32,000 bases of DNA from Candidatus Saccharimonadota bacterium. Lineage in GTDB: Bacteria > Patescibacteriota > Gracilibacteria > UBA1369 > 2-02-FULL-48-14. The DNA lies in NCBI GenBank assembly GCA_041661045.1, contig JBAZVE010000001.1, positions 330,001 through 362,000 on the forward strand, written 5' to 3'. Below the pieces are notes generated by a model. That model did no database searches. It was not told the DNA's origin and was given only the letters and a program-made list of their open reading frames with translations. Position 1 is the first letter of the stretch. Every line of letters begins with the position of its first letter. Of this stretch, positions 31,663 to 32,000 are shown one piece after another. The position numbers and the translations under genes were made by a program.

Positions 31663-32000
31663 CTACCTGTCTTCCGTCAATTTGAAGACCGAAACATGGT
31701 ATATGTCTTCCCATCCCCCTGCATACCTACCTTTAGCATAGACCGGGGTGTACCAAGTCTGAGGGCCTTGACGATTTCCCCATACATCTCTACGACCTAT
31801 AATAGTGTTAGACCTATTCTCGATGAAATTTCCTCGCTCCCAGTTTGTTTCAGGATTCCAAGTTGCCAACGCAAAATGAAAACCACCTTCTTGTCTGGGT
31901 AAGCGGTGAAGATTAGTCTCTTCCAATGGGTATTCTATAACATATGGCGATGTACCTATCACCACTTGGCGTGTTCGAACTACCTCGGCTCCTTCATCCC
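31663..32000 (-). CDS. Orphan ORF, possibly 5'-truncated by the window edge
   Basis: The track gives 31663..31965 (GTG start), but by hand translation the frame stays open to position 32000 (...DEGAEVVRTRQVVIGT...). Trp/Asn/Arg-rich product in lower-GC DNA. No family recognised. Confidence 0.35.
   Translation of the reverse strand, partial: DEGAEVVRTRQVVIGTSPYVIEYPLEETNLHRLPRQEGGFHFALATWNPETNWERGNFIENRSNTIIGRRDVWGNRQGPQTWYTPVYAKGRYAGGWEDIYHVSVFKLTEDR

Noticed and set aside
31421-31902. Plus-strand ORFs 31421-31741 and 31546-31902
   Set aside because: The first starts inside tRNA-Ser(UGA) and reads through it. Both run across the att-like repeat and have low-complexity or unlikely products.
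1-32000. Alternative genetic code (UGA read as an amino acid, as in Gracilibacteria/SR1)
   Set aside because: TGA terminates dprA, purL, the xerC-like gene and the HNH gene at family-typical lengths. Conserved genes contain no in-frame TGA.

Overview
Dense 32-kb segment of a compact bacterial genome, mostly housekeeping genes, roughly 50-55% GC by eye (not computed). The genetic code is standard: TGA, TAA and TAG all close conserved genes at family-typical lengths. Several traits suggest an uncultivated small-genome lineage (CPR/Patescibacteria-like), which is inference only. These are the PilB + DprA + RecA/RecX gene set, a DUF222-type HNH nuclease, PrsW and CPBP membrane proteases, 1-8 nt overlaps between co-directional genes, 15-71 nt overlaps between convergent gene ends, almost no Shine-Dalgarno motifs, and -10 boxes 6-8 nt from ATGs. 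Left to right the genes are: a membrane protein, an unlisted 57-aa zinc-ribbon ORF, a PurM-like protein, a small membrane protein and a CPBP protease (one + strand operon); dprA; pilB/gspE-type ATPase; nusA; recX and recA; purQ (with a fused PurS-like domain) and purL; an ECF sigma factor; ftsE without ftsX; a xerC/D-like recombinase; three tandem cassettes of unknown function; an HNH nuclease coupled to a dGTPase-like HD protein; a PrsW-like protease; nrdR; a sigma-70 family factor; an L,D-transpeptidase; a CNNM/CorC protein; argS; two coupled hypothetical proteins; tRNA-Ser(GCU); an orphan ORF; a nitroreductase; an RRM protein; DUF378; TPM and LemA; tRNA-Ser(UGA); and a partial orphan ORF. 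The best leads are: (1) the reiterated terminator-promoter cassette array at 14689-16870, which encodes a new small-protein family; (2) an exact CTT-AGG-C +1 frameshift heptamer joining two ORFs in its third unit; (3) the same 11-bp-phased TCAGG box triplet upstream of both dprA and recA; (4) an 18-bp perfect palindrome inside the recA promoter, with a related copy in front of the HNH-dGTPase operon; (5) a duplicated tRNA-Ser 3' end (att-like) next to lower-GC DNA. No rRNA genes, CRISPR arrays or transposases were seen.
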